Assembly: GCA_000934665.2 (NCBI GenBank) | Contig: KZ538506.1 | Coordinates: 1 to 64,000, forward strand | DNA from: Catajapyx aquilonaris | Lineage: Eukaryota | Reading direction: 5' to 3' | Length of the DNA stretch: 64,000 bases | Shown here: piece after piece, positions 14,901 through 27,300 of the stretch | How the letters are laid out: every line of letters begins with the position of its first letter | Numbering within the stretch: the stretch's first letter is position 1 | Made by a program: the position numbers and the translations under genes | Notes under the pieces: model-generated | What the model saw: the letters and a program-made list of their open reading frames with translations, nothing else | What the model was told of the DNA's origin: nothing | Database searches by the model: none

Positions 14901-17900
14901 CTACACCAACTTTTGCTCAAAGATTCCACGATCCCAGGCGACAGTGACACCGCAAGTAGAGTTAGGTTCACATTTGCCTCCACTCTGCAAGAAGGTCAGT
15001 GGTGAGGACCAAAATTCAGTGTTGAGGTATTGCTTCCATTTGAAGAAAACAGCAACAGAGGTGTCGACATGCTAAGACTATGAAAAGCAGACACTGGGTC
15101 ACCATGTCAGGCCACAAGACATTGCAACTCTTCGCAAGCCTCCACCCACATCTGCCTCTCCTCTGGAGTCAATACCCCGGGGCCCTATAGCATTGGGTGC
15201 AAACGCATCGCATGTGCAAAAATCAAAAATCGTGTGGGCACTACCACTGGAGGTACCAATCATTCTGGCAAGGTCATCGACGGTTATGCAGTGGTCTTCC
15301 CCGACAATCACTGCATAGGTGGTGTTAATGATCTCTGTAAGAACTCAGATGGGAGTCTGCAGACCTATCTCTTTGAAAGCCGACTACGGACCCTTGCTGA
15401 ATGCCTTGTACCATCGTTATGATGTGGGACACATCTTCACCATCTCTTAGCATGTCATACACCTCCGTCACTGTTGTCTTCAAACGGAAGCAAAACTACC
15501 GACCTCCTGGTAGAGCTGAGGTGAACATGAACCTAACTCTACTTCAGGTGTCACCATCACCTGGAATCGTGGAATATTCAAACAAGAATTGGTGTTATAA
15601 TACTTCAATCCATTCTGGACATGAAGCCATTCACCCCAAGTCATGAACGAATTCTCATTACCACATAAAAAATCAGCCTCAATTTCTTTTGATTGGCCGT
15701 CATAGTCCTCACAAATCAAGTGTCACTGTATGTGCATTGTTCCACCTACGCATTTGTCCTTTCACCAAAACCTGCACAGTGGGCGATGTCACTTTAAAAT
15801 ATGCATTTTTGTCATTTTCTATAAAAAAATGGTATATTCGCCCTTTCTCCTTTGTGCCAACGATATGCTCTAGCTCAGTTATTTGGCAATGCGGACTGCA
15901 CATTTCTAATATCTAGTCTACACAATAATTTTATCATGAATTTTGTACCAAGTCCTTTATGTAACAAGAAAAGAAAAGAAAATGGAAACTAAATCCTATG
16001 TAATTACAACCTTGGAATTCTCACCCTGCGTAACTGATAACAAACTCTGAAGGCTACCAAAAAAAAAAAAAAAACTGCCAACAGGGATAAGTTATTCAAA
16101 AGGCATGAGACAAATTGTCATGAATATGTTCATGGTGGGTCATGAATAGGCAAAGGTTCTCTGAAAGCATCAACAAACTGGATCATGTGTAACACAATGA
16201 TACCAGATGATACCCTCAGTTTCCAGCATACCTGAATGGAAAGCGGTTCATGAAGCTGTAGGACACTGTTGCAGTGATGGCAAACAGCTCTAAAAGGACA
16301 CTCAGGAAGCTGAGGCCTTCTGCACTCTTGTTTGCCCATATCTTCAATATCTGAGGCAATTTCACTGCAAATGAAACCGGCATTAATTCATGTTGTACTG
16401 CAATCATAACAAGACTGGTAACTCTTCAATAACATTCATGTTTATCCAAACAATAATTTTCGCACAAACTCTATTCAAAATGTTTGAATCCACAAAATAT
16501 GCTGCTTTGAATGGGGATAACAGTTGGAGGATTATGAGCCTTTAACTTTCCTCTACTGTTACTTCCTTCTCAGGTATTGCAAAATGAATAGTATTTTATT
16601 ACTTGATAAATATGAACATTAATTCCCTACCCCATCTACCCTAGCTATCATGTAATATGCACATTGCAACAGCTCTAAGAAGGAGTGTCAGTGATGTAAA
16701 CCCACTTCAACAGATTAACTTTCCAGCTTGCCTCTGAGGCAATTATAAGGACTAGTTTTCAAGTGCAGCAATAATTGAAGTGGAAACTAGAACAATTCAT
16801 TTAAGTAAGTAGTGAGTGGCACTGTGGGTTAGTGCCACAGCCTGCCACCTCTGAGATTCCGCATTCAATCCTCTGGTAGGACGGAGAATTGCCTCAGTGA
16901 AAAGAGTTTCGTTGGGTTCTCTTCATGCTCATGTGGGTTTTCTTGGGGTTCTTCTCTTTCCTCCCATAATAAAAATCCTTGAACACTATTGACTTATTGA
17001 GTATGAACTAATAAAGTTTAGAATTGAAATTAAGAATCCCCTATAAGAGTTATCAATTATTATTATAATTACTTTTCCAACTACACACAGGTACATGTGG
17101 GCAGTTGAGGACTCTAAATTTCAAGAAAAACATCTGCTTAACAGGTGGTCATATCACTTTTTCTGATAGAGGTCTACTATTGGCTTCTTTCGAGACTATG
17201 CCATGGTTATTGATTGATGTGATGGGGCAGGTTAGTATGTCTAACACTTCGGCAAACTCTTTGGTATAGCTCATTGTATGGCAGAGATAAGGCAGTCCAC
17301 AGGCTACAAATAGAATCAATTGAATGGTAGGTTTGAAAGGCTCATTTCACCTCTGGTTCCACATTGCAGAATAAATGAAATTCAACTTAATGTAAGAGCT
17401 ATTCAGAACCATTTACCAGAGCAGACATGAGAGAAATATGCAGCATTGCAAGCTCACCATAAAAACCGAGGCTGTGTGCAGCATATGTCACCATTCTTAT
17501 GTCACGAGGTAAAATGTATCACATACAAAATAGATCAAAGTTGATTTATGCATCCCTTCAAGTGTCCATCAAAAGGTCCTTATGTCTTATCACCATCTTT
17601 TCTGACACGCCATTTGCAAAATACAGGCCTAGTGTGGTTAAATGTATTACGTCAGTCATAAATTCAGCAGGAAAAAAAAGAAAAAGTGATCCTCCTGTAA
17701 AGTTGCTGAAATGTACTTAACATGTTTCACCATCTGATGGGAGAATTGTGGCCTGTGATATGTAGTTGTGTGTGGTCTGTGGTTTCCTGTGTCCATGCAG
17801 AGATATCACCTTTTACTACAAACATACTAGTCTAACAGTGCGGAATATTAGCCTGACGGAACACTCCTACGAAGTCACAGTAAAATATTCGTAAGCATTG

Positions 17901-18676
17901 ATGTGCACTGACTAAAATTGTCTGTTCAGTGATCAAAGCGCTGTTGTGGGCCACTCAAAATGTACTTTAGGAAGATCCAGCAAGTTCCCAGTAAGTATGA
18001 ACTATAACTGACCATACAGAAAACAGCCTACAGGTGATTTTGCCATCCTCAAACACAATTTACTGCGAATAGTTGTTTTGGTGATAGTTGTTACCGGTTG
18101 TTACATTGAGCAGTAAGCATTTTTCCTCGTAAACCATGCATCATGTTTTTAAACATCTGCAACACGGTGTTATTCAAATCACTCGCGCTGTTCCTATTAA
18201 AATACACATTTTCTGTATTCACTGGTCAATCGTAGTTTATAAATGACCACATTCCCACTCACGGGTAATCATAAACAGCCAAAATACAAGATTATGTCAA
18301 TACCTAATAGAGATCCCAGAATGATTCCATATCCAAGGCCCTTGCTGATAGCACTCTTGAGACACTGCACTGTAAGGGAAAGAAAGATCGCGATTAGGAA
18401 ACAGCCACCCAATTAACCTTGCACGTCAGCAGAAAAAAACATACGTTGCATAAAACTTTTTAAAGGGCACCACGTATTCGAACAAGATGACCTTCGAACA
18501 TAATACAAATAAACGCCATTGAGATGGTTTTTGACTACTGTTTGAAGTGCGGGATGAAGCTTCACCCTCCCAGCGTCCTTCCCCGTACCGTGTAAGAAGT
18601 TTAAATTGACGAAGAACTCCTCGTAGCAGTCCGGAGTCAGAACGAGAAGCACAGCTGACCTGAATAAAGCCGCCAT
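2917..18676 (-). CDS. MPDU1: Mannose-P-dolichol utilization defect 1 protein (PQ-loop membrane protein), 5 exons, ~240 aa
   Basis: Exons 18676-18589, 18369-18304, 16364-16232, 7972-7768, 3147-2917; all GT-AG, phases consistent (723 nt). Motifs: [77 protein letters not shown]. Confidence 0.95.
6632..6748. other. Assembly gap (N run)
   Basis: Continuous run of n. Smaller N patches occur in or beside poly-G/poly-C tracts (about 3713, 4504, 11308, 47902). Confidence 0.99.
10899..11047. repeat. Near-perfect long palindrome / fold-back element (probable MITE)
   Basis: Arms of ~68 bp (caaggagaaaca...gccctgcactaatccc / gggattagtgcagggc...tgtttctccttg) around a ~12-nt loop, with few mismatches. Confidence 0.85.
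14848..15130 (+). mobile_element. Degenerate mariner-like 5' fragment (inverted partner of 15230-15650)
   Basis: Clearly similar to the reverse complement of ~15430-15650, e.g. gtgacaccgcaagtagagttaggttca vs gtgacacctgaagtagagttaggttca. Confidence 0.6.
15230..15650 (-). mobile_element. Degenerate mariner (Tc1/mariner) transposase N-terminal HTH remnant
   Basis: Minus-strand peptides RWYKAFSKG and [24 protein letters not shown] resemble the mariner HTH consensus (W...F..G; EDRRITV.ELA..LGIS.GSVHTI). Frameshifts and stops are present. Confidence 0.7.
16813..16975 (+). mobile_element. tRNA-headed SINE remnant with V-SINE-like core
   Basis: A-box-like gtggcactgtgggtt and degenerate B-box gcattcaatcc, followed by gagttt...atgtgggttttcttggggttcttctctttcctccca, resembling the GGGTTT.CTCCGGGT.CTCCGGTTTCCTCCCA SINE core. 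Confidence 0.55.
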
Positions 18677-19099
18677 CTTTCAATCCAGGAAAAAGCAACC
18701 GAGAAAACAGAACGGGATATCGAAAATATTTTGTCGGCGAGAATTTAACTCCACCGCAATTTATTCGCTTTTAATTTGAAATTTAACGGCGCACAAACTA
18801 GTATTACTGCCATAAAATGTAATTAACATTACAGACACGTACATGTTTACACGGCATCGCGCCAGTAATACGTTAATTTCTATTGGTCGCTTGTGGATGA
18901 ATTGACCAATAGGGGCTTGCAACATCACCGCATCTTTTGACTGCGGCACCGTGTAAATTCCAACTGCCGGCCGTACAAAATGGCCGACGGCCAACTCGCC
19001 TCTTTTTCGTGAAACTTTCCTTTCTTTTTATAATTTATTAATTTGTCGTAACTGGTGGGGGATGGGAACTGAGCCCGGATCCTGACCGCAACAACAACC
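18677..19099. promoter_or_regulatory. Bidirectional promoter MPDU1 / cyclin C
   Basis: Divergent ATGs about 420 bp apart. CCAAT boxes on both strands (attgg ~18882, ccaat ~18906) and a YY1-like caaaatggccg (~18976). Confidence 0.6.
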
Positions 19100-20219
19100 A
19101 TGGCTGGGAACTTCTGGCAGAGTTCGCACTAGTACTGGTCGCATTCCTACTATTTCAGCATTGTACTGTTCCATTGGGGACTAATGCAGTTTGTCGCAGA
19201 TGATGCATGATTTGGCTAGTTCTGATATGAGATCTTGCTAATTGCAGCCAGCAGTGGCTCCTGGACAAGCACGACCTGATTAGGGAAAGGCAACATGACT
19301 TGGGCATATTGGTTGATGATGAGTACCAGAAAGTCTTCATCTTTTTCTCCAACTGTAAGGAAGCGCGTCTATCTCCACTAGTAAGGGTCACTACACATTC
19401 CTTCTCCAGTGATTCAGAGTCTGGGCGAGCAGCTGAAGCTACGCCAGCAGGTGATAGCAACGGCCACGGTCTACTTCAAGCGATTCTATGCCCGCAACTC
19501 CCTCAAGTGCATCGATCCACTCTTGCTGGCTCCGACTTGCGTCTTCCTTGCTTCCAAAGTGGAGGAGTTTGGGGTGATCTCAAACAGCCGACTGATCTCA
19601 ACGTGTGTGACTGTTGGTGGGTATGAACGCGGATGACTTATTTTCTAGGCATGCATTGGCTCATTATGACCCCCCGTCCCAACAGTGAAGAGCAAGTTCA
19701 ACTACGCCTACAACCAGGAGTTCCCATACCGCACCAACCACATTCTGGAATGTGAGTTCTACCTCCTGGAGAACATGGACTGCTGCCTCATTGTGTACCA
19801 GCCTTACCGCCCATTGGTCCAGTACATACAAGACATCGGCCAGGAGGAGCAGATACTACCCCTGGCTTGGAGAATAGTCAACGACAGTCTCCGGACTGAC
19901 GTTTGCCTATTGTATCCACCCTACCAGATTGCACTCGGTATGCAGCTTGTCACATTTCAAGCTTACAAGGTGGAGCCAAGCGAAGCACTTAAGGAATTGA
20001 TGTTTGTGTTTTCCAGCCTGCCTTCAGTTGGCTTGTGTGATATTGGCCAAGGACCTCAAGAGCTGGTTTGCGGAGCTGACAGTGGACATGGAAAAAATCC
20101 AGGAGATCTGCCGCTACATCCTAAGCCTGTACGAGCTGTGGAAGTCATATGACGAAAAGAAGGAGATTCAGAACCTGTTGGCCAAAGTACCCAAGCCTAA
20201 GACGCAGCCTAGCAGGTGA
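19100..20219 (+). CDS. CCNC: Cyclin C (CDK8 module of Mediator), 5 exons, 266 aa (short form)
   Basis: Exons 19100-19131, 19248-19354, 19410-19616, 19686-19937, 20017-20219 (801 nt). Motifs: [66 protein letters not shown]. Confidence 0.97.
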
Positions 20220-20728
20220 CCTGCCGATCCTTCATAGACAAAAAAAAAGCAAGATAATGATACGCTTGAACAGAAAAAAAATCCTAAAAAACGATTGTGA
20301 TTTCTTACAAGACTTGAGAAATACAGGGCAAATAGTTAAGAGTTTAAAAAAAAAAGGATTAAGACTGCAGTTGGGATTAAGTTATTCCCCAACATGTTAG
20401 ACCAGCACTGAATTATTTACGCTTATGAAGTTTAATTCCAATGTCACTCTTTACGTGTATTAATAATAAACCTTGAGGGACTACTCAGGAAAAAAAAAAA
20501 AATTATAACCCCCCAATTTGTGTAGTCTTGATTGGTAGGAAATTCCTTTCCCTGCACTTTCTTCTCTAACCTCGGGGAATATTTTTGAAAAATCCCAAGA
20601 AGAAATGTCACTGGGAAGCGGGGCAATTTTTTGCGGGGAAAACAAAAGCACAATCTAGTTTTGGCCAGAGTGTGTTTTTGTAGTTGTATTAACAAACCAA
20701 AAGCAAAAAACCAATTTTTCTCTTCCAG

Positions 20729-20825
20729 GCCTCCCTCCTCCGCTCAAGTTCAAGATCCCAACAATCCCCAAACGTCGTCACAGGAGACTCCGGTTAGCCA
20801 ACCTCCAATGGGAGTTCAAGGATGA
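20729..20825 (+). CDS. CCNC: Candidate alternative terminal exon of cyclin C (long form ~297 aa)
   Basis: Donor AG|GTGAC at 20215/20216 overlaps the short-form stop. Acceptor tttttctcttccAG|G at 20728/20729 joins in frame to give ...PSRPPSSAQVQDPNNPQTSSQETPVSQPPMGVQG*. Confidence 0.6.
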
Positions 20826-21424
20826 ACGCTCGAATTTTCAGTTATTTTTTTCCCTTCTTCTTCTTCTCTCTATTCTCATGAAAAGTATTTTAAATTATTA
20901 TTATTATTATTATTACTACTACTTGGTGTGAGGAGTAGTGCAAGTACAAGAATTTTTTATAAAACTGCCACATGGCTTGTCAAACAAGCAAAAAAAAGTC
21001 GCAAAAAAATACAGTTGCAATAATTAAGAATTATCACAGCTGCTTTAAAAAAAATGGTGTCACTAATCTAATTAGTACTGTTCAAAGGAGAATTATTTCA
21101 GGGACATTAATGACCAATAAAAAAAAGTGTTCGCACTTAAAGAACCGACTATTTAATGAGGTGTTCAGTTCTCAGGATAAAACACCCTAAATAAAGAAGA
21201 GTAAATTGTGTATAATTACACACACAAAACATAATAAATTGAATGCAGTTTGTTTTTCTATCAACACAGCAAATATTTCAGACATGATAAATGGTTTGTA
21301 AAAAATTAAGCTCACGTAAAATTGAGAGAGAAAAAATATATGGAATGGTTGCTCACTTCAACAAGAGTACGCAAAAATTGCACTTTCTTTTCCAACACAT
21401 TCCAATTCAGTTCTTTGACGAAGT

Positions 21425-23968
21425 CTATTCAGCTTCCGCATCGCTTCCCTTCTTCTTCTTCTTTTTCTTCTTCTTCTTCTCCTGGAAATACATTTCAAAC
21501 GCTCAGTACTTCCTCTTCCACAGGAAAGATTGCTGAAACTTACCGAACTCGGAGCTTCATCTGCACTTTCTTCACCGCCGCTCTTCTTTTCCTTTCCCTT
21601 TTTCTTCTTCTTTTCCTGGAAAAGAAGTAAATTTTGGAGCGCACTTTCTCTCAATAAGTGTATGCATCTATTTCTTTACATCACATGACATGTAATGACA
21701 TCAGAAAAAGATGCTGGCTGGTGAAATTTAATACCAGTTCCTTGCGCGTGGGCTTATGATTTCTGCCGTTTACGTCTACAGGACATTCTAACCAAACTTT
21801 CCCAAAATTATAGCGAAACCTGTATGTACCAGAATCGCTGCATTATGCAAATTTTTCTCGTAATGCACAAGTTTCTGCTATATTTGGTAATACTAAATTA
21901 TGAAAATAATTCAAGCATATTAACACATGGCAGAATTGGTGTCCCCAGATTTGTGAGATCTGGCAGAGCTATTTTTCTTGGCTACGCTTCATTCATGATT
22001 TGGAAGTGTCATTGCTCATGAGAACATGGAAACTCACAGATGTTGGTGGCTCCTCTTCTTCCTCATGCTCTTCCTTCCGCTTCTTTTTCTTCTTCTTCTT
22101 CTCCGAGGCAGGGAGTGATTCTGTGTCTGGTGTCGCACTTTCTCCACTTCGCTTCCGTTTCCGATCCTCTTTTGGCGTCTGGACGTCATTGGAAGCCTGG
22201 TGCACCTTGGAAGTGTTGTGCTCCTTGCTCTCCCCCTTTGAGTTAGGGCTGGAGAGAAGAATCCATTTAGGGGCAATCCCCACTCTCAACAAACACGCAA
22301 ACAGAATGAAGGACTCACTCGTAATCGACATATGTATTGAGCCAATCCTTCGGCGTGTTCTCATTTGGCTTCCCGTATTTGTCTAGCAGTCCACTCTTAA
22401 TCATGTTTTTCTTCGCAGAAGCCTACGCGGAGAGGGAAAACTTGTTAGCAAATCAGTACAGTACCCGAGAGCAAATAGAAATGTGAGGGCATTTTTACAA
22501 CCCCAAGTATAGATCAGCCTTGGGGGAGGTGACATCTATACCTTGGGTCCCAAGCCCCACTTTTTTGGGTAGGTGTCACGCTCCATGATGACGCGCTTGA
22601 TTTTTGCAACTATACCATGGTCGCAGCTTGCAATTGTTGCAGTCGTCATGAGCGCAATACCTGTGGACAGTCACAGGTTATTTTATGAAGTGATAAAATT
22701 ATGGTATGACTTTGAAAAAGGACAAACCCAAGCAAATGGCCTCTCCCTTGGTGGTGATGATAACGATCTCTTCATTAAGTTCAATCCCATCTTCGTACCT
22801 GAGGACTCCTGGCAGCATAACTTTGGCACCGTAACAGATTGCATTCACCTGGAAAACGGCATTATTTGTACCCATCCCAACTGACCAATCAGGCATCATT
22901 CAAGGGCAAATGAGTACTCACGGAGCTGTCTTTCATGATGATACGCTTGTGAGAGACTAGCAGTGCCTCCAGAGGCTGGATGACCCTGCGCAAGTACCTC
23001 TCGTCCTTGTGATTGTCAAACAGCCACATGGCATCCAGGATGTCATGCATGGTGACCAGGCCGTGCATCTCATTCTGTATCCCGGACCGGACTCGTCTTA
23101 GCTCCGCCATTTGACCTCCAACCCCAAGCAACAGGCCCAAATGGACACACATTGTACGCACATAAGTGCCAGCCTCACAGCTCACCCAGAATATACCTGC
23201 GAGGGAAGAGATCGATTAGCATAGTCTTTTATGCCATTGAAGAAGCCTACTGACCCATGTTTGTCTGATCATTATACTCGATCATCTTGCTCTCGTACAC
23301 TGTCCGAACTCTAAGCTGCCTCTTGACGGCCGATATGAGAGGCGGCATCTGGAACAATGCGCCTCTCAACTTCTCGAGAGCCATAATCACCTGCTTGCGA
23401 TCTGGAACTGCCGAATGCAATTTGAATATGCAGACGTACTCCTTCCCGGCTCCCTGCTGCGACTTGACCAGCCGGGTGGCCCTCTCTATGCAAACAATGA
23501 GGCAGCCAGTAACTTTGGGGTCCAGCGTTCCCGAGTGCCCTGTCTTGGCCACCCTGAGCATCCGCTTGATCCATGCGACGACCTCGTGAGAGCTGGGGTT
23601 AGAGGGCTTGTCCAGGTTGATGAATCCGGCTGCTATGTAGTCCTTAAGTTCCCGCTTCAAAGGCGAGGACCCGTGAGGAAGGGGGGTGTAATGATTGGTG
23701 CGGACATTCAGTCGGTCAAAGTTCTTGAGCAGCAGAGGCCACTGCGAGGCATCCAGCTTGGGAGTGACGGACGAAGGCTCCACCTGCTCCATCTTAATCT
23801 TCCGCTTCTTCTCCGATGCTGGAAAATTATGCCGTTTTAATCATATTATGCTGGCTCCACACTTGGAAGTAGGCCATGTGTGTTGTTTTTATCAATGTAA
23901 ACTTTGAACCCACGCCACCATGCCGCAAAAGGCAACAAAAGCATGCGCGTACCGGTGTCCGTGTCCAT
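21425..23968 (-). CDS. DKC1: Dyskerin / H/ACA snoRNP pseudouridine synthase (Cbf5/Nop60B), 9 exons, ~512 aa
   Basis: Exons 23968-23953, 23818-23255, 23196-22922, 22848-22728, 22660-22542, 22422-22319, 22248-22038, 21615-21544, 21481-21425 (1539 nt). Motifs: [51 protein letters not shown] (catalytic Asp), [12 protein letters not shown] domain, Lys-rich tail. Confidence 0.97.
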
Positions 23969-24355
23969 TGCTGGCGGCGCTGGGTGTCCGTCCTGGGCGC
24001 GTTCCTGCGACGGTGGGGCCGGTGGGATCCGGTCCAGGGGCACGAGGGGAAGAGGCAAGGCCCGACGTGCAGCACGTGGCTTCCACTGGACGCCGATCAA
24101 TCCCTATCCGTAGCCATCATGGCCGGCGTGCAGGGTTGCCAGGCGAAAGGAGACAAAGCTGTCCATTTGATCGTACCAGCAGTGGTAATTACTGTAGTTT
24201 AATTCAAAAATAATTTTGGTGGGTTTCCTTCTATTACACTAACACGGTGGAAGTGTCCATTTCTTTAATTTTGTTTAACATTTGGTGAAATTATCTGAAC
24301 CTGGCAAGTTTGTTCAAATGGGGATAATTCGAATGGCTTGAGCGCCTTGAGGACG
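23969..24355. promoter_or_regulatory. Divergent promoter region DKC1 / CatSper-delta-like gene
   Basis: ATGs about 390 bp apart. A GC/CpG-rich half lies toward DKC1 (to ~24150) and an AT-rich half toward the CatSper-like gene. Confidence 0.5.
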
Positions 24356-27300
24356 ATGGCCAAGATGGTGTTTCTTTCCCGAATTGCTTTCGTGTGCCTT
24401 CTAGTTGATGTCCTGCTCCTTGGGAACACTTGCAGGTACGTAAGGCGTTTAAATTATTGCGACAAATGCAAGATTATTACATAATTTGTATTGCAGTGCG
24501 TTTTCTGACATGGATGAAGATGTTATCATCCCTGCAGAAAGGGCATTAGGTATGTGCAGCCAGAGTGTGCATTGATTGCATTTTATGCGTCAGTGTTGTG
24601 TGTTTTGCCTGGAATAATTCTAATGCGATCATGTTCTTCTCAAGATGATGATCGCAGACCTGATGTCATAGAGAAGAAGCAGGGTGACAAAGAGACTGGC
24701 ACCATGGATGTTTTGGAATGGCCAGGTACAGTGTATTCATTATTATTTAAAATGATAATCGAAGGCGATAGGTTTCAAGCATTTACTCTCAACTGCTCTC
24801 AACACTTGTGAATGTTTTTCAGGCGAATCTCATGACGATGATTCTGATTGGGTGAGTACTCACTTTATTAATGGGCTTTCTAACATATAACTCCATATGT
24901 CAATATGGCATGAGCATCTGCAAAGTTTCTACTGGCGTGGATTGTGAGAAAAATTAAAAAACACGTGCTACATTGGCTGGCTCTTTCACATTGTACAACC
25001 ATCGCACTTCGTATTGTAGGTCAAATTTACTTCAACCAGGACTCATGCACTCTATGAATATCATGCTTGCAACATGGAGCTTGGAACAACATGGGCTGCC
25101 TATGGATTGTAAGCATTTTTGAACACTGAAGGCTGAGCATGTGATACCTTGGTGATACACAGTGTTTGGTCCTCGTATGAAGCATGGTCTTTTTTTCATT
25201 TCAGTGAGTACGTGTATGTCTCCAGTATCATGCTCACAACGTATGTACTTCCAATTCAGATTCCTGAGAGTGCAAAGAATGAGAGTAAGAACGTTGAGGT
25301 GCTTGATTTTCGATTCATGATTGACAAGCTTGTGGCAGTGACTGGCGACAATGTCTTGGTGCACAACTTGGATTCAGGAGAATCTGTTTTTGCTCCAGGT
25401 AATAAACTGTTGTAAAATTTTATCTCATTCATGCAATAATTTATTCTTTTTTAAAGGTGAAATTAAAACTAGAGTTACCAGAGTTGTGGTGAATTTGTGC
25501 TGCAATTTGGAAGACAGCTGGTGCAATTATGCCAACAAAATTGCAGTTGTGTGGGACCCTGATAATTTTGACAGGTGACAAATATTTTGCAGTACTATTA
25601 TTACATACTGGATGACTTTGGCAAGACAGCAAAATCTTTTGCGACATGCTTACAGGGTGTATGTATCAAGTAATTTTGATCCAATGGATGACGACCTCAA
25701 ATTCGTGGAGCGAAATGTGGAAGATATTGCAAAAGCTAACAATGCTATAAAAATACTGCATGTATCCATCCTGGCTGATTACCACGTTATTGCCATATAC
25801 TTCAGCGTTATGGCAGGAAGCACAACTGAGGTACTCTAATAACATGTTACACATATCTTGTTATCAACTGTGTGAAATAGGAATTAACACTGTGGAAAAA
25901 CTTATCAATTTCATTGTCCAGTGCATTATACCATTCCTCAATTTTTAGGCTTTGACGCACTACATCCCACTGGAGCAGGATAAGAATGGATCCATGCATC
26001 ACCTAGTGAACCTCGGCACGATGCCCTACAATGGCTTCTTCAAAGGGGAACGGTTCAGAGATGACTTTGGAAACTACATGTTCTGGGATAACAATAATCT
26101 GTGGTACACGGACAACTCTGGTCAGTTATTAATGCCAGTAACTCTCATGTTGATGGAAGTGGAGGGAAACAAGGTGATATACAAGAAAGCTAACAGAACC
26201 ATAATAGGAGAAGAGTCCGTCTGCAGGACTGTGAAAGGAGGCAGGTTTGCCATCCTGCAAGAGAATGGGGACATCCTCTACGGCCGCATGATCATCAACA
26301 CGGACTACAGGGCGTATATGTTCAGGGCCCAGGACAACTTCAAGAGGGAAGGGATGGGAATTGCCTTCAATCTCAATGGAAAGTTGGGTGAGACGCATTA
26401 ACTTTGTCTCTTGGTATATAACTTCACATGATCCCTTTTCAGTCATTGCGTATCCTCCAAAGCTCCTTAGGGACGAGTCGAAAATATTTCATCAAATGAG
26501 ATTGAAGGAAGAGAAGATTGATGTGTCCCAGAAGGTTCAGGAGTACATGCCATTTCTGGATGCCAACTTCCCAGAGGGTATTGGCAAATGTGAGGTGCAT
26601 GGCTTTCACACCAGTATTGTAGGGGACACTGCCTACCTGGACAAGGGATCGGATCTGAACTTTAAGGTTGCATTCAGCCAGTCTAACATTGACCATCCGG
26701 AGCTGATCATAAGCCTTTCCAATCCATTCCTTCTCACTGTCACTGCAAAACAACTTGAATCAGACAGAACACATCCAGAGAAGCATGTGCACAAGTGGAA
26801 TCTGCATGTCACATCTAAGCATGACGATGCAGTAACAGATGATTACGAGGGAGGTGAGATACGATCACCTTTGGAATTGAGTTTTTTTTTTTAACATTCT
26901 GTGCACATTGCAGGGATCACGCACTTGATGGTTGGGGCAGTAGGAGGCAACATCAAGTGCTTTGATCCACCAAGCAAAGTCATACACATGGGAATTGCAT
27001 GCCCGCCAAACAAGAAGATCCGAGTGATGTACAGGACAACGTAAGTTTATGTCATAAAGAATTTGATATTTTTTGTGTGACAACAATGCTATTAAATCAG
27101 TAGTGGTACAGACAACCGATGTAGTATAGTTGACCTTCAGCTTCACCTGGTGTACCACTTTTGACACTTTTAAATGCAAACATATCACAAAATTAATTCA
27201 CTTTCGTTTCATCAGCTTAGAAAATCTGACAAGCAGACAACATGGTAACGCAGATCTTTCAAAATGTGAAGGATTATCTGACTTTCAGAGAGAAAATATG

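Noticed and set aside
20217..20219. Cyclin C TGA as selenocysteine or readthrough
   Set aside because: No SECIS seen and an in-frame TAG follows within a few codons; splicing explains the site better.
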